A stretch of 64,000 nucleotides of DNA, from the NCBI GenBank assembly GCA_001662655.1, contig KV460209.1; one strand, given 5' to 3'. The DNA is from Pseudogymnoascus verrucosus (taxonomy: Eukaryota). The translations under genes were made by a program, and so were the position numbers. The notes below the pieces were generated by a model, which was given only the letters and a program-made list of their open reading frames with translations, did not search any database and was not told where the DNA came from. Shown here one piece after another: positions 47,035 through 61,700 of this stretch; position 1 is the first letter of the stretch; each line of letters begins with the position of its first letter.

Positions 47035-50000
47035 GATTGTCTAGAGTAGAAAATATTAGTTTGTCGACACGTATGAAGTTAAGGGTAAAGGCAATTGATC
47101 AAGATGGCTTTTTGGCCAGTTGAGGTGTATCATGAGAGGAAAGAAGTCCTCAAGAGTCATCGACAATGTGGGTGTTGGACCCAGGGATGGTGGGTTGAAG
47201 AGTTGTTTACTTACAAGTAGAACACTACTTAGAACAAAGTTAAGACTTTGTTCGCACGTTCCAAAGATGATCTGTTCACGAGGATTAATTAACCTGTGCA
47301 ATATTTGCGTTGATGGGAGTGATTGCATACCTTACAATGCCAACAATGGAGCTGTATCCACAGCCACAAGGTGATGGAGGTGGAAGCAGCAATTCAGAAT
47401 CTGATGATTACAAGAATTGTGGAAGATTGTCGGTGAGTAGCGAACGAAAAGGAGGTGAAGGATAGTGAGCTATCAGCCAGGAAATGTGTCGAATAACTTG
47501 TTGATGGATCTTTGTGTGATGATGGAGGATGAAGAGTGAATTCGGGGGGGGGAAGAAGGACTTATATGTTGGCGTCCGACTAGAGTTGTTGAATGGAAGG
47601 AAGGAACGTTCGAGAGAAGGTTCCGCGCAATAACACGATCTGCGGACGGAAGGTGAAACCCAGTCACAGGCGAAGAGAAAAAGGCAGGTGCGGTCTCGGC
47701 AAGCTGAAGCAGACGGAGATGTGGGATATATATCAATAGACGCAGGCTCAGAGAAGAAAGAACTCTTGTGTTATAGGATACGGTTGGGAGCGAAGCTTCT
47801 CAGACACGACGACAACACAACGTATATATAGTAATATAGTCAGTGTTATCTGGCTTTTTGAGGCGTAGTTGAGATATTGTCGTCTGATTTTGGTACAGAA
47901 TGGCAGTGGGTTTGTAAAGATACAGAGACTGCTGAACGATAACATGGGGTAGGAGCAGCGGACGATACAGAATAAACGGTGAAGAGGAGGAAGGAGCGAG
48001 GGAAGTGAAATAGAGGGGCAAGCCAGCCTCTTTAAGTCTAATGAAGCAGATGAGCAGCGCAGAGGTATAGATTGCGTTTCCCCGTCGTACCTTCCCTAGC
48101 TAGAACGCAACACTGATCGTATGGAACCATGCTGGGAGTACATGTCAATACTTACAGGCATCCCCGAGTTGGCATTCATGAGTGGCAAATGGGAAACCAA
48201 GACTCAAGACCCAAGACCCAAGTGGCAGAAAGCAGACGGCGAGAGCAAGGGAAGGAAGGCACGGCACGACACGACGGCATACTAGGACGGACAACACAGG
48301 ACGGACACGGTGCCTCCACCCCACATGTGTGATCTCGGCACAGCTGACTGTTGACACTGGGGAATGCCGGACGGCGTCGATCTGTGCGTTAGGTGAGGGG
48401 GGCGGAGGGAGGGGGAAAGATCAGAGAAAGGGATCGGAGGGGGGCCAGAGTGCGGACCGTGTGGCATAGAAGCTGCGATGGGGAGGGGGGAGCTATGTTG
48501 ATTCTTGAGCTTAGTCCAGTTGGATTGGATGCAATCATCACCAGTGAACAACCAGACAAGCCATAACACACTAAGATTGACCAAGAATGCTATCCAGGGT
48601 TGAGTACATACTTTGTGCACATACAGCACGGAACGTGGGCAGTATTCTCCCCGCGACGGCCCGCTAGATTTCATGATCGATCGGGACGTTGCACATCTTC
48701 TGCCTTCTCCTCCCCATGCATCCCGGAACCCTGAGAGAAATGTGTGCCAAACGGACCGAACGAAGCTGTTGGCCCTCACAACTCTGCATACAAACAGGAG
48801 AATAATGCATGTTCAGACATACCTGTGTATGGACACAGCGCGATCACAGTGTTCACATCGCACCCTCCCCCCCAGCCACTTCGGTCATATGAGACGGATG
48901 ATCTGCGAGTAGCCGTGGACGATCAAAGACTGCCGCCCGAACCGCTGACAAACGCAAACGCGTCGAACGCGGCACGATGGGGCCAATTTGATGGCCAGGT
49001 TACATTGAGATAGCGTGAATCGGGGCTGAAATGTTGGTTTCTCGTGCCCAACTCCACGGTCAAAGCGCCTTCTATCTCGTATCTCCTACGCGCCGGATCA
49101 TCACATAAGACTGTGATCACACAACGCAGGCTCCAGGGTTACCCTTGAGAATTACCGACAGTCTGGAAATGACCAGGACCAAAACTGTCACATCTGCTAG
49201 GATTAGCAATGTTGGTTCTCGAAGTAACATTACTGAGGACGACAGCAAATTGTCAGGGTGATCGGCTCTTCCGTGGCGTGGCTGCCAATGCCGTCGAAGG
49301 GGTGGTCTGTATTGCCTCACGTCAAAACAGAAATCGACTCCAAAAAACTGCCATTACACCAAGTATCCCTCTTGGCTCCGAACTCATGGCTGTTGTGTCA
49401 CCCCAAGGACCACTTCCCATGTTGGACAATCCAAACCTCCAAGCCTCTTACTTTATGACTTCGCATCACCACGCAGCCACTAAGCCGTACGCTCAAGGCC
49501 ACGAATCTCGTGTTGGAATTGAAAAAAAAATCCCAGTACCGTGGGTCACATTAATGAGACCTCCTTACAAGGCCATCAAAAAAGCCCTGCGCTGCAGCCA
49601 TCCTGTCCCTTTGGCAAAGCGCATTGGTTGTGGTTGGAGACTGGAGTACGACCTCGTACGTTACCGAGCGCTTAATGCGCCAATGGGGGGGTGAAGCGAC
49701 GTGCCAGGGGCTGGCTGGGGGATGTGATTCGGTAAATTGGTCTTCCTATTCGATCGTTCGATTTGACATATCCTCTCCTTTTTTTGTCTACTCATCTTCA
49801 ACATCCTCAGTACCTCTCCAAAAAAAAATTGAAGTCACTCGCGGGTTTTAACAGTACCTGAAAAATCGACAGTTCGGCAAGAAATGCCGCCGTCGAAGAG
49901 GCGCTTCCCAATCCAGGATCACGAGTTATCAAAAACAAACACACAGACTTACCACCCACCCATGCCACAACAACAAATGTTGATTCACAACCCTCAAAAA

Positions 50001-51546
50001 CAAACATCGCCACCACCACCACCGGTCATCGACACCACCATAAACCGCTCCTCCCTCACCCTCTCGGCCCCCAATCGACCAAACCACGGCTCCCCCCTCC
50101 CATCTCCGCGCGAGCCGTCCGTCCCTAGCATCTCTCACTGTTGGACGCTGCCTGCCTGCCCCCACCCGCTCCCATCTCGATCTCCCGATGAACCTCCCTC
50201 GCTTTAGAACCCCCCCGATCCCGTTTAAATCTCATCCCGTTTCTATACCCCCCCACCCCCCACCCCCCCCCCCACCACCGCGGCGTCAAGCAAACTGTAA
50301 ATCCCTACATTATCACATACAGCAAGATCCTGTCAGACAGAGGTCTCCGCGGCAGTCACACAACCTCCCTTCTCGAAAACACACGGAACTCCACCGACGC
50401 ACTCTACGCAACGCCTTCTCTCCTCTCCCCCCCCCCACCCCCCGACCCTAGGCTAGCGCCACAGATCTCCACGAGATGAGATGTGATAGAACACGCCGCT
50501 ACGACGTTTGAGTCAACTCTTCTAACCACTTCCAGACTTCCGTCCTTTTCCCCCCGCCCGGCCCCTCCCATACATCGCCAAGAAGTTGCTGAGTGAGCGA
50601 GAAACAGCCCTGCGGCGATCCCGCTCCAGAACGCACGCATGTCACCAACGTAGGTCCCTGCATGCACTGTGCAGTCACCGTGTGGCGAATGACTTGGCTG
50701 AAATGAAAACGAAAGGGGTGTGAACGGGTGGTGTGTGGCTTGATATACGTTTGACTTGCCTATTATCTACCTAGAGTGTGTGAACAACATACATCCCTAC
50801 CCAAAACGATGCACGCCTGCTTGTCCCCTTTCTCGCCCCCAAATACACCCTCCCCTCTGTCTTAGAGATCACAATCACAGGCAGTCCTCACCCCCCGGCC
50901 GGCCCAAACCCGGAATATCTCACACCCTCCAGACCACCTCGCGTCTCCCACCAGACCACCCCCCTTCAGCGCAAAAGCTAGACCTCGATTTTTCGATCTA
51001 AAAAACAACGACGGCAACTCGCCCAAAGCCACAGTAGCCCGCCCACAGCACCACAGACGTAAGGAATAGTAGTGAAATAGATGCAACTTCATAGATCTAC
51101 AACAACAACCAAACAAACAAGCTAGAACAGAAGAAAAATATCCCTATATCCCGCGCTGCTCCGAAAAAAGGAAAGAGAGAGAGAGAAGGAAAATATGCAT
51201 GCGACATGTTCTCCGTGAAGTTATGTGTGCGTGTATGTTGTGGGTCCCCCATGTTCGCGTCCGTCGTTGGCCGTTGTCGTGTTGGTTCATGGTGTTTATT
51301 GGGGGCGGTTTGTTGTACTGAGTGTGATTGATGAGTGATGGGTGATTAGTTTTTTTTGTGTTCATGTGTGCCTCCGTATCTTTCGTTCCGTTCCATTTCG
51401 TCTGTAAGTCTAAGGTCTAAATGTGCGCCGAGTATTGAATCACTGGTGTCTGTCTGGTTGTCTGGCTGGCTTGCTGGCTGGCAGGGCCACGCCGCGGACT
51501 CTCTTGTCGCGAAATGAGGCGAGTCCAGGTGCTTGTAGCGAAGATT

Positions 51547-53865
51547 CTATGACCAGACGTCCTCCTGTGTTGATATTAGCTTTCTGTTCGCCAACTTGGT
51601 AGATAAGGTAGTCCGGCGGCCACGTCCGATCGGACCGGGCAGGCCGCATTTAACGCGACCCTCCCATCCCGCCTTGCATGGCCCGCCCACCCGACCCATA
51701 AAACCAAGATTAAAAAATTGAGGACAAAGACGCATAAAAAAACATACCTGGTACTGATTTGCGCTCCTCATCGACTTCACGACATCCTCAGCCTTCTGCT
51801 CGGTGATGCCGCGGTTCTCGGCGATGATGGTGGCCAAGGCGGCATTGACCTCGCGCGCCATGTGCGAGGCGTCGCCGCAGACGTAGAAGTAGGCTTTCTT
51901 CTCAAGGAGCTCGTTGACGAGCTTGGCGTTCTCCTGGAGGCGGTGCTGGACATAGACCTTTTTGGGGCCGTCACGGGAGAAGGCGGTGATGAGCTCGAAA
52001 TTGTCGCCGAGGGCTTTCTTGTACTCCTGCGGTGTGTAAGTGGGGGTTCAAAGGGAGGCGGGCTATGGGATAGGACTTACTGCCCACTCTTGCTCGTAGA
52101 GGTAGTCCTGCTTCTTGGATCTGCATCCGAAGAAGAGGATCGTCTTTCCGACGGGGGTTCCGGCGGCAGCTTGCGCAGCACGCTCCTGGACGAAGGCGCG
52201 GAAGGGTGCGACTCCGGTTCCAGGACCGATCATAATGATTGGCTTGGTCGGGTCAGATGGGAGCTTGAAGTTGGAGTGGCGCACGTGCACGGGGACGTGG
52301 ATGCCATCGTATTTGTTCCTTGGGCCAGTGATTTCGTAGGTAAGTCCGTGGGGATCCGGGTTGGGGTCGCCGTGCTGCTTCTGCTTGAGTGCCAGGAGGT
52401 AGTTGGTAGTTACACCCTTGAGGGCATCAGGACGCGATGGCAGCTGGATGGACTCGACAACGGCGGTGATGGAGATCTTAGTCTTCTGGACGAGCGAAGA
52501 GGATGAAATAGAGTAGTAGCGGGGCTGGATCTTGTGGATACCTTCAATGAGGGCAGAGAATGGGATATTGGACCAGATGGCACCAGGAGCGACGGAATCA
52601 AGGACTTGGGCGATGTTGAGGAATTGCGACGAGACCTTGCTGGAGAAGTATTCCTTGTCCGAACCGAGCTTGCTCATCTCAGCCTTAGCCTTCTCATCTG
52701 GTGCGAACGCAGCCAGAGTTGCGAGGTATTGACGGGAGACAGGGGCGCAGATTTCCATGTGATAACGGGCAACAGCTTCGTAGGTGGTCGGGGTTGGGAA
52801 GGGAACCTTGGCAGTTGGATCGAGGGGCTTGACAGCAATAACAGTATCGCGCTTCTCGTAGAGACCAGTAACCTTGAGGAACCTGTCGACTTCCCTGCCG
52901 GCGTTGGTGGGCCAGACGGCAATATGGTCACCGGTCTGGTAAGAGAGGTTGGAGCCGCTGATATCGATTTCCATGTGCAAGCAGTTTCGGTCCTTAACAG
53001 TGAAGATTTCCTTTGATTCGACGATTGGTGCAATGTATGGGTTGTGTGCGTTGTACGGGCCCCTGGAAGCTCCCTCTAGGTGCATCTTGTTCGGCTCGCC
53101 CAGGTAAACTTCAGGGGCATCTTTGGCAAGGCCTTCGCGCTCAGTTGTGCTGAAGACTGGCTCGTAGACAGCCTCGCGCTCCTCAAGACCAAGCTTCTCG
53201 GCCAGAGCAGTCCACATTGGGTCCTTCCAAGCCAGGAAATCTTCCTCCATAGTGCCAGCTCCGTCGTCACCCTCGCCAGCGGTACCAATGCGTTCTGCTC
53301 CGAATTTTGTGAGGGCCTTGTCCACATTGCGGACCATAGAGTTGTAGTGTTCGTAGGTGTTGTTTCCGAGGCCAAATGCGACGTATTTGAGGTTTCCGAG
53401 TGCGGGTTCCGCTCCCTCGGAGAAAGCGGTATCTTCGCCCGTGATGAACTCGTAGAAGTCGACAGCGTTATCTGTGGGCTCACCCTCGCCGTAAGTGGCA
53501 AGAACGAACATCACGATCTTGTCGCTGGGAATGGTATCAATGTTTTCGTAGTCGTATTCCTCAATATCGGCAACCATGGTCTCGAGACCGAACCTGCTCT
53601 TGCCCTCCTTGGCGAGTCTGGCGGCATAGTCCTCAGCGGTACCGGTCTGCGATCCGTAGAAAACGACGCAGTTCTTGTTGCTCTCGTCCATCTTCTTAAC
53701 AATGTCGCGCGTCTTGCCGAACTTTGCGCCGCCAGTGGCGTTGGCGAGCATATTGTCATAGGGATCCTTTGCCACGGCCCAGTAGGTGCCCTTGGTGAAG
53801 TAGGCAATGGTGGCCGCAAGCAGCGACAGGAGGACAACTAAGTCCAGAGTGTCGAGGTTCGCCAT
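51547..53865 (-). CDS. NCP1: NADPH-cytochrome P450 reductase; introns 52080-52027 and 51747-51565
   Basis: N-terminal anchor, YGSQTGTAEDYA, ATYGEGEPTDNA, PRYYSISS, IGPGTGVAPF, FFGCR, YVCGD, terminal EDVWS on an 18-nt exon. Confidence 0.96.
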
Positions 53866-54625
53866 GATAGCGGTTTGCACGAGGATTGGGGGATGTGAAC
53901 AGACGACCGTGACAGTAACCTTTGACGTGCTGCGGGCGTGGAGGGGAAGTGGGCAAAAAAAGACGGGGAAGCTCCGAGATATATTTGGGGGTTCAGTTCA
54001 GTTCAGTAGTTTCCGCCGGTCGGTCTTCGATTCTCGTCTCCGTGGTTGTTAGTGGCCCGGGGTGGTTCCAGGGTACATACAGTACGGAAGCTCAACGGAA
54101 TGTTAATGCCGACTATCAGGACACGACTGAGCGCGAGTCAGTGGGGAAGTATTGCGAGTGCGGAAGCAAGGCCGGCTAGCAAAGTTACATATCCGGGCTT
54201 CCTTACTTTAAACCGAGATTGATAGTTTGAGGGGGAAACTCTAGAAATATAATATGTAGAATAATTAGAGTAGAGTAGAATAGAGTACGGGATGTCTCCG
54301 TAGACGATTAATAATGAGACAGTTGACGGCTCAGTCAGCTGCGGCTGTTCAGCTTTCCCTTGCCCTTTCTCATCTCATCTCACACACATAAAAATACTAA
54401 TAGAATCCTAGCCGCACATTCTCACACATCCACCGACTATTTCTGGTTATGCTGTACGTGAGACCGGTTTCAATTCTACTGTACTGACGACTGTCACTGG
54501 CCTGTTGTACGGCAGAGAAGAGGACAGATTACTCATTCCGTGCAGACGCGGAGACCGCGCAGGCACTATTTACCTACAATAGGTATGAGTGGTTATCCTC
54601 GAGCTTCCATGGGAATCTTATAGGG

Positions 54626-54653
54626 GGCTGGCTGGCTGGCTGGCTGGCTGGCT
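54626..54653. repeat. (GGCT)7 microsatellite
   Basis: Seven consecutive GGCT units. Confidence 0.9.
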
Positions 54654-55786
54654 GGGCATTTTCGGTAGAAATATAATAAATTCACGGCATGTGAAATTAT
54701 TAGCATGTAACTGTGTAGTGTAACAACTGGAGCACAGCCGGTCTTTCGACCCGAGTACGAGCATAACAAAAGACGTCAGCACACACAGAATTGAGTCCAC
54801 GGTACTTCAATAAGGCATTTAAAGGAATACTCCTCCTATCCTCTACAACGGACTCCGTACTACCAACCCAAACCCACTGAGCACGCACACAAACTCCGCG
54901 GCCCGAAGAGAAATGAGACCCATACTCCATACTCCATACCATCCATACTACCTACTATGGATGGTAGTGCGCTCTATACATACATCTTTAATGTTGTTAG
55001 ACTATATAATACAAGGTCTATCAGCACATCAGCACACCTGGTTATCAGATCCTCATATATTGTGCTCCCCCTCCCACCTGTTCATAGTCAATTAATCGAG
55101 GGAGCAACACTACTGCACATAATTAAACCCTAATTTCAACGTGGCATGTAGAAGAAACTAACTCTACGAAGTACTTCCCCTAACATCACTAACATCACAG
55201 AGACCATGGGGTCACGTGCTCTCCCGCTCGTTCCCCCGGGTTTATCCACTCCCGCCTGTCCCCAGACACCAACCGCATCAATTCTGCCCCAGGCGCGTCT
55301 CCAGTAGGGCCCAATTGGGGCGAGTCGAAACCCAACCCCCAGTAAAAATGTTGTCGGGCAACCGTAGTAGCAGTATAGCCGCTATCGCCGGGCGGATGTC
55401 CTATCTCAGAGATCAATATAACCTCAACTCCTATAAAAAATTGCTCTATCCCTATCCAAAATTACAAAGTGATGCGTGTCGTCGCATTGCTTAGGCACTA
55501 ATAATGACCTCGGTAGACATGCAAGAATGAGGTCAGATCTGACCAACAAGGGACAATATGTGTGAGTGCTATATCCCCTCCAATCTGTTTACTCTAAATT
55601 CCAAGCCCCGCCACACCAGTCCGTCCCGGGTCACGAGAAGCCGCTGGCCCTTTGCCCAATCCAGTCGCGGAAGTGATGCGCTGCCACACGAGATACGCGT
55701 AGGCGGCTTTTTGTCCGGCGTTTAGCTGAGGGCCAATGTTGAAGGAGTTGCACGGGCGATCTGCTGTTTGTTCGCTGTAGAAAGCA

Positions 55787-58700
55787 TTGCTAACTCGAAT
55801 TTGTACCGAAGCTCCACTATTACAACCTTCGCCTGATCGCAACCCCCAGGAGACCCCGAAGACAGCTCACAGACATGCGCCGAATGCAGATGCTGAGAAC
55901 TGGAACGGCAAAGGCATACCGACGCTGAGGGCTGGGGGGCGACCGGACGGCACGAACACGCCTTACTCTCCAAGCAGGGAGCCGTCACCACACAAGTTGC
56001 CACCACTGTCGGGCACGGGGAACCCGCCTACATCCGACCCATATACCCTCGGAAACCTCTCCCCTCGATACATACCCTCTCGGAGTCGAGCTGGAAGCGC
56101 TAGCGTGGAGAACTCAGGGGAGCTTAAACTCATGCCGTACGGGCATCACCGGCAGACGTCGATCGTCCATGGGATTCAACATTCCGGGAACGGCAGCCTT
56201 GGGCCCCTGAGTCCCCAGATTATCGCGGCTGCGGGGTCTGCCGCCGGGGATGCGCCAACGATGGGACGAGCGGATAACGATGTGCCGCCTGCATTTTCGA
56301 TTGCTAGTCCGTCCTCGAACTTATCGTTCAGCGCGAGTGCTGCCAGCTCGACCACAAATTTAGTGCCGGAGCGTGTGTCGCCGGGCGAGAACAGTGTTAA
56401 TACGCACACGCAGAAGAGGATCGAACGCATGCATAGCGGAGCTGGAAGGCGCGAACATGGGCACCACCCTTCCCACTCGAGGCATCATTATAAAGAGGAG
56501 AGCAAACCGGTCGGCGAATACGCTTTACATGTGCTTTTCACTTCGTTCATTGCGCAGGCCGACGAGAAGATTGGCCAATGTATAACAACCCCCCTCGAGC
56601 CGGAGCCTCAAATCGAGCGCATATGCGGCCAGTCTGCGGACCCGAACTTCGACCAGCTTATATCTGCGCTGGGGCATATTGCTGCGCAGAAGCCTAAGCC
56701 GCTAATAGACACCCTTATGTTATGGCGCAAGAAGAAGAGTGATGCTGCCAGTGCTGCTCGTAATGAGCTCCAACAATACCGCAATGTCACAGGAGCGGTT
56801 GGCGGCGGGATAGCAAGGCGCAACACAGAACCAGGAAACCCAGGACCGCCTGCGGATGCAACAGCACAGCCTAACCTCTCCCTTGCCACCATGCAAAACA
56901 GCGTGGCCCAAGCAGAGCGCCGGTCAACTGTGTCTATATATATATTATGCAGGGTTCTCACAGAAGTTATTGGCCAAAGCACGCTAGCACGCATCACCCC
57001 AGAGATGGAAGAAAAGCTAGAAGGCATTATCTTCAGCCAGCTAAAGATCGCCGATACGGAATCTCTGGCATCATCACCATTGAAACTTGCAAACTGGCAT
57101 CTATTTAGTCAGCTTTTAGGTGTCATGAGCAACATCAATTTCCAGAGCGTTACGGGACGATTTATTGCGGATCTAGAGAAGTCGCAGCTCGATTTAGAGG
57201 GGCGAAATCAAGGCAACCGCGAAATAGAAGGCAGGATGGAGCTTGTTCTAGGCGGGATGAAACATTTGCGCATCAAGACCTACCCAGAAGCCTCCTGGGA
57301 GCAATCATGCGACTTCATGGTATCATTGGGTCGCGCTTTTGCCAAGTCCCATGGCCAGCGAGTCAAATATGCATACTGCCAGATTTTGGATGTCATGTTA
57401 CTTCCTATAGCTGCTGTTGCCGCAGGGACTGAGCTCAATGTCCCAAAGTGGTCAGAGGTCTTGGTCACTATTGGCCAAAGACTCGCATCTATGATGGCCA
57501 AACCTCGCCATTGGCCTATAGCTTTCCCTCTCACAGCTACGCTTCTATGTGCCTCGCCTCCAGAGACATTTAACACGCAATGGCTTCAGCTTATACTACC
57601 CTTGCAGTCGAAGCTCAAGGATCGCTTGACAAGAGCAAGTTGTCTCCAGGTTATATCAAGGCTCCTATGGACATATGTAAATAGGTGTACCGACCCGCCA
57701 AATGCCACTTATAGAAAGCTTGAAGAAGTTGTCAGGATGGTGCTACCACCCGGGAAGAAGACACACACCATGGACCCGTCCATAGTGGACCCCCTGATCG
57801 AGATTATAAGAATCATTGGCTTCAAACACCAGGAATTCTGCTTCCGTACAATCATCTTTCCTCTTATCAACTCGGACCGTTTTGCTCCAGGGAAAGACGT
57901 CCATTCAGTCAGAGTGGACCAGCTGGAGCCAGAGAAGATGGTTATTGGGATTCGAGCATTCCTCGCTATTATGGCCGACCTGGAGAAGGGAGAGTCGGGC
58001 AGACCTCCGTTCCCGCAGTCTTACCAGTCCAACCTTCACAGCGAGAGACTCCCAACATCTCCAATCCTAGCAAGCCCAAAGCGCATCCCATCGCAACCTC
58101 TGGCAAAAGAACGAGCTGAGCGTCTTTCTCGACCAGTAGCAACATCATGCCTCAACGATGTGGCTAAAGACTACTATAAGCGCTTCTGTGAAATCCTTGG
58201 AAAGATTACTATCATCTGTGACGAGACCTTTGGTGGCCAGGCTGTTCTGGATGAGAAGTTTAATTCTCCTACGCCGAAAACTCCTATTGTTGACTCCTTC
58301 AACTTCTCTCGCAGAGACGATATCCTATCGCCGGTAGAGCAGAGACATGGGTACTATGAACTATTACATGTGGCAGTGCAAGCTTTGCCCCGGTGCTTGT
58401 CAGCCGACATACCCTTCAATTCATTGATTAACCTCCTATGCACTGGTACTGCTCATGTGCAGCAACGAATTGCAGATTCGTCTGCGCAATCAATTAAGTC
58501 CATCGCTCGCCAGTCGCATGCCCAACAAGTCACAATCGGGTTTGCCCGCTTCATATTTTCATTCGACGACAAATACTCCACCATGTCAGATGGTGGCATG
58601 CTTGGCCCCACCCACGTAGAGAATACACTGAAGCTCTACGTCGAATTACTACAAATATGGATAGAAGAGATCAAGCTACGATCCAAAGAAGCTGCAGGAA

Positions 58701-61700
58701 CCGGCTCAGACGAAACCGGATCCGAAAAGCGTGGCGCACCCCTTGATGTCTCTGGTATTTGGGCGCACGTCGAGGAAGTCGAATCACACGGACTGTTCTT
58801 TTTATGTTCACAGTCGAAAAGAGTACGCAGCTTCGCTGTAACAGTTCTCCGGCTAATCACGGAGTACGACGCAGCGCTTGGACAGGATAATGTCCGACTA
58901 ATTCAGATCCTGGAAGGCGATTCCGCGCGCGTCATGAGCTTCAATGACGAGCATTTGACTGTTGCCGAACGGAGTAGACTCCAAAGAGGTTTGAAAAGGA
59001 GTAACTCCCAGAGCGCTCTTGTCGAATTATGCAGCAGTGACGTTTCTTACGATACCACACTATGGTTCAAGATTTTCCCGAACTTGATGAAGATCAGCTA
59101 TGGACGCTGCCCTGTCGTTGTGACTCTGGGTCGCGAGCTGATTTGCGATCGCATTCTGCAAATGTATAAGGGTATTACGGCGCTGTCGGAAGCCCGAACA
59201 CCCCAGCATCAGTATGATGGCAGCGGATCTAGGATAGGCTTCCGCCCGTCTACTACACCGCCAGAAGTCATGGTAGAGCAGTGGAAGCTATACCTCATAG
59301 TTGCTTGCACCACCCTTACCGAGATGGGTGGTCCGCAGCTGCAACCGGCTACTCAGATGCAGCAGCATTTGCGCAACGGGTCCAAGACGGCGCTGGTCCA
59401 GCCTAAGATCAACTCTGCTCGGACTTTGTTTAAGTACATTCTACCGCTTCTATCAGTCGGACATCCTTCTGTACGGGAGGCTGTTGTTGTTGCGCTCGGT
59501 TCTATCAATATCAACATTTACAAGACGTTATTGGAGGAGTTTCAAGACGCTGTCAGCAGATGCAATGATGATGCCAGAGCTCGCATACACCAGAGGACAG
59601 GCAGCAGTTCTCGACGGAGCAGACGAACTGACACTCTTCGGACGGAGGTCACTCAAGTATACCGCCTAACCGCACACTTCCTCAGAGAGGAATCGGTATA
59701 CTCAGATGATTGGATCCTGAACAACCTCGTTGTATATGCCAAGGACCTCAAGTTATTCTTGATGGACGGCGAGGTACAGATGGATTGGGAATTCCAGAAA
59801 CTACGACGCCACTACTGCGGTCTGATGGAAGAGCTCTTCGAAGGCATTAATCGGACAAAAGATCCATCACGCTGGATGACGTTTGAGATGCGCAAATCTT
59901 CATTCGCGCTGATGGAGGATTGGTGCGGCTACTCGCCGAACCAGGTGCAGATCCAGCACAGGGAGGAGATCATGAAGCAAAGCATGATCGATCGGCAGAC
60001 GATTGGCGAGCGCCCGACCATAAATGCAGCTATGGAGAAGGAGAAGAATAGTCTTAGGACTGCAGCTCTTAGTGCCATGGCTGCCCTGTGTGGTGGACCG
60101 ATTAGTGTCACTACGGAAAGCAAAGCTAACTTGCAATTCGATCTCCGGAGAATGCTACTCTGGATCGACGCCATCTTTAGCACCGAGAGTGATCGCATGC
60201 ATGTCATTGGCAGACGTGCTCTAAAAAATCTTATTACGCATAACAAAGAGTATCCATACCTCTTGGAACACTCTATCTCGCGCTGCTACACTGCTGAAGT
60301 GCCAAAGGCGCTACATAGCTACTTTGAAGTAGTCACACAAGTATTGCTGGAACACCCAGACTACCCTGTACCGTTTTGGCGGACCCTGGGCATCGGATTG
60401 TACACGCTGGGCAGCGACCAGAGCGAGATCCGCTCGAAATCCACCACGGTCCTCCGCGCCCTCGAGGAGCGCCAGAACCGAAACTCCAAGATCCAAGATT
60501 TCGACATCAGTATCTCCGATAAGACGAAGGCGGTCTACAAGCGTGCCCAGTTCGAGATCTCAATGCGCCTGGCAAAGCACCACTCTGACTCTGCGTTCCT
60601 GATATTCTCGGAATTTACTGTCTATTTCAAGAGTCTCAAGCCTATGGCTCAACAGAACATGGTCGCTACGATATTACCTTGGATTCAGACTATCAAGCTA
60701 CAAGTCGACCCCAATGGCGGCCCTACTGCTCAATCATACGTGCTACTAGCAAACTTATTCGAGATCACGATCAAATCAAGCAGCGCACTACATAACGAGG
60801 TGCAAGCTCTCTGGCAAGCCCTAGCGACCGGCCCGCACGCTGGCAATGTACAGATCATTCTCGACTTCAACATCTCCCTCTGCCTAGACCGACGCGAGCA
60901 AAACTTCGTCGAGTACGCCAAGCAGATCGTCGTATTCTTATCCAGCACTCTGGCGGGCGTGAAGGTTGTGGAGTTCCTCTTAATGCAGATTACGCCGAAA
61001 GCCATGATTCCTAACGAGAAACGGGAATCCCCCCCGACACCACCGGATACGAGCGCTATGCCGTATGTTGCTGAGCTCTCCGAGGCTCTTCCTGTGGGGG
61101 CGAAACAGGCTGGATTTTCGCTTGGACAGCTGTCGCTCATATTGCTGGTTGATCTTATGGTGGCGCCTGTTCATCTTTTAGCGGAGAGTGTGCCGCTCTT
61201 GTTGCAGGTTGTTACTGTGCTGTGGGATCATTATACGCCCCTCGTTCAAGACCAGGCGCGGGAGATGCTTATTCATCTTATCCACGAGCTAGTAATATCG
61301 CGTATTGACGATGAGACGACCGTCCCGTCTAAGAGAGAGATTGAGGACCTCATTGAGGCAATTAGGCGCCACGATTCCAAGATTGTTTGGGCGTACGGGG
61401 ATTCCAATGGGAAGGTCGATGACCGAGACAACAAGGTGCCTACCGCCATGGAAAATCTCGCCACGCAAGTCGTCAATACATTCGAAGTGACATACCCCGG
61501 CATCAAGGAGCAATGGGGCAAACTATCATTAACCTGGGCGACGTCCTGCCCAGTTCGCCATCTCGCATGTCGTTCTTTCCAGATCTTCCGCTGTATCCTG
61601 ACATCGTTGGACCAGACTATGCTAGCTGACATGCTTGCACGGTTATCAAATACGATTGCTGATGAGGATGCTGAGATTCAAACATTCTCGATGGAGATTT

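Noticed and set aside
51718..53841. Long antisense ORFs (262 aa and 253 aa) opposite CPR, and similar ones opposite DBP7, RIO2 and the PPR gene
   Set aside because: Shadow frames expected from strong codon bias; no recognisable motifs.
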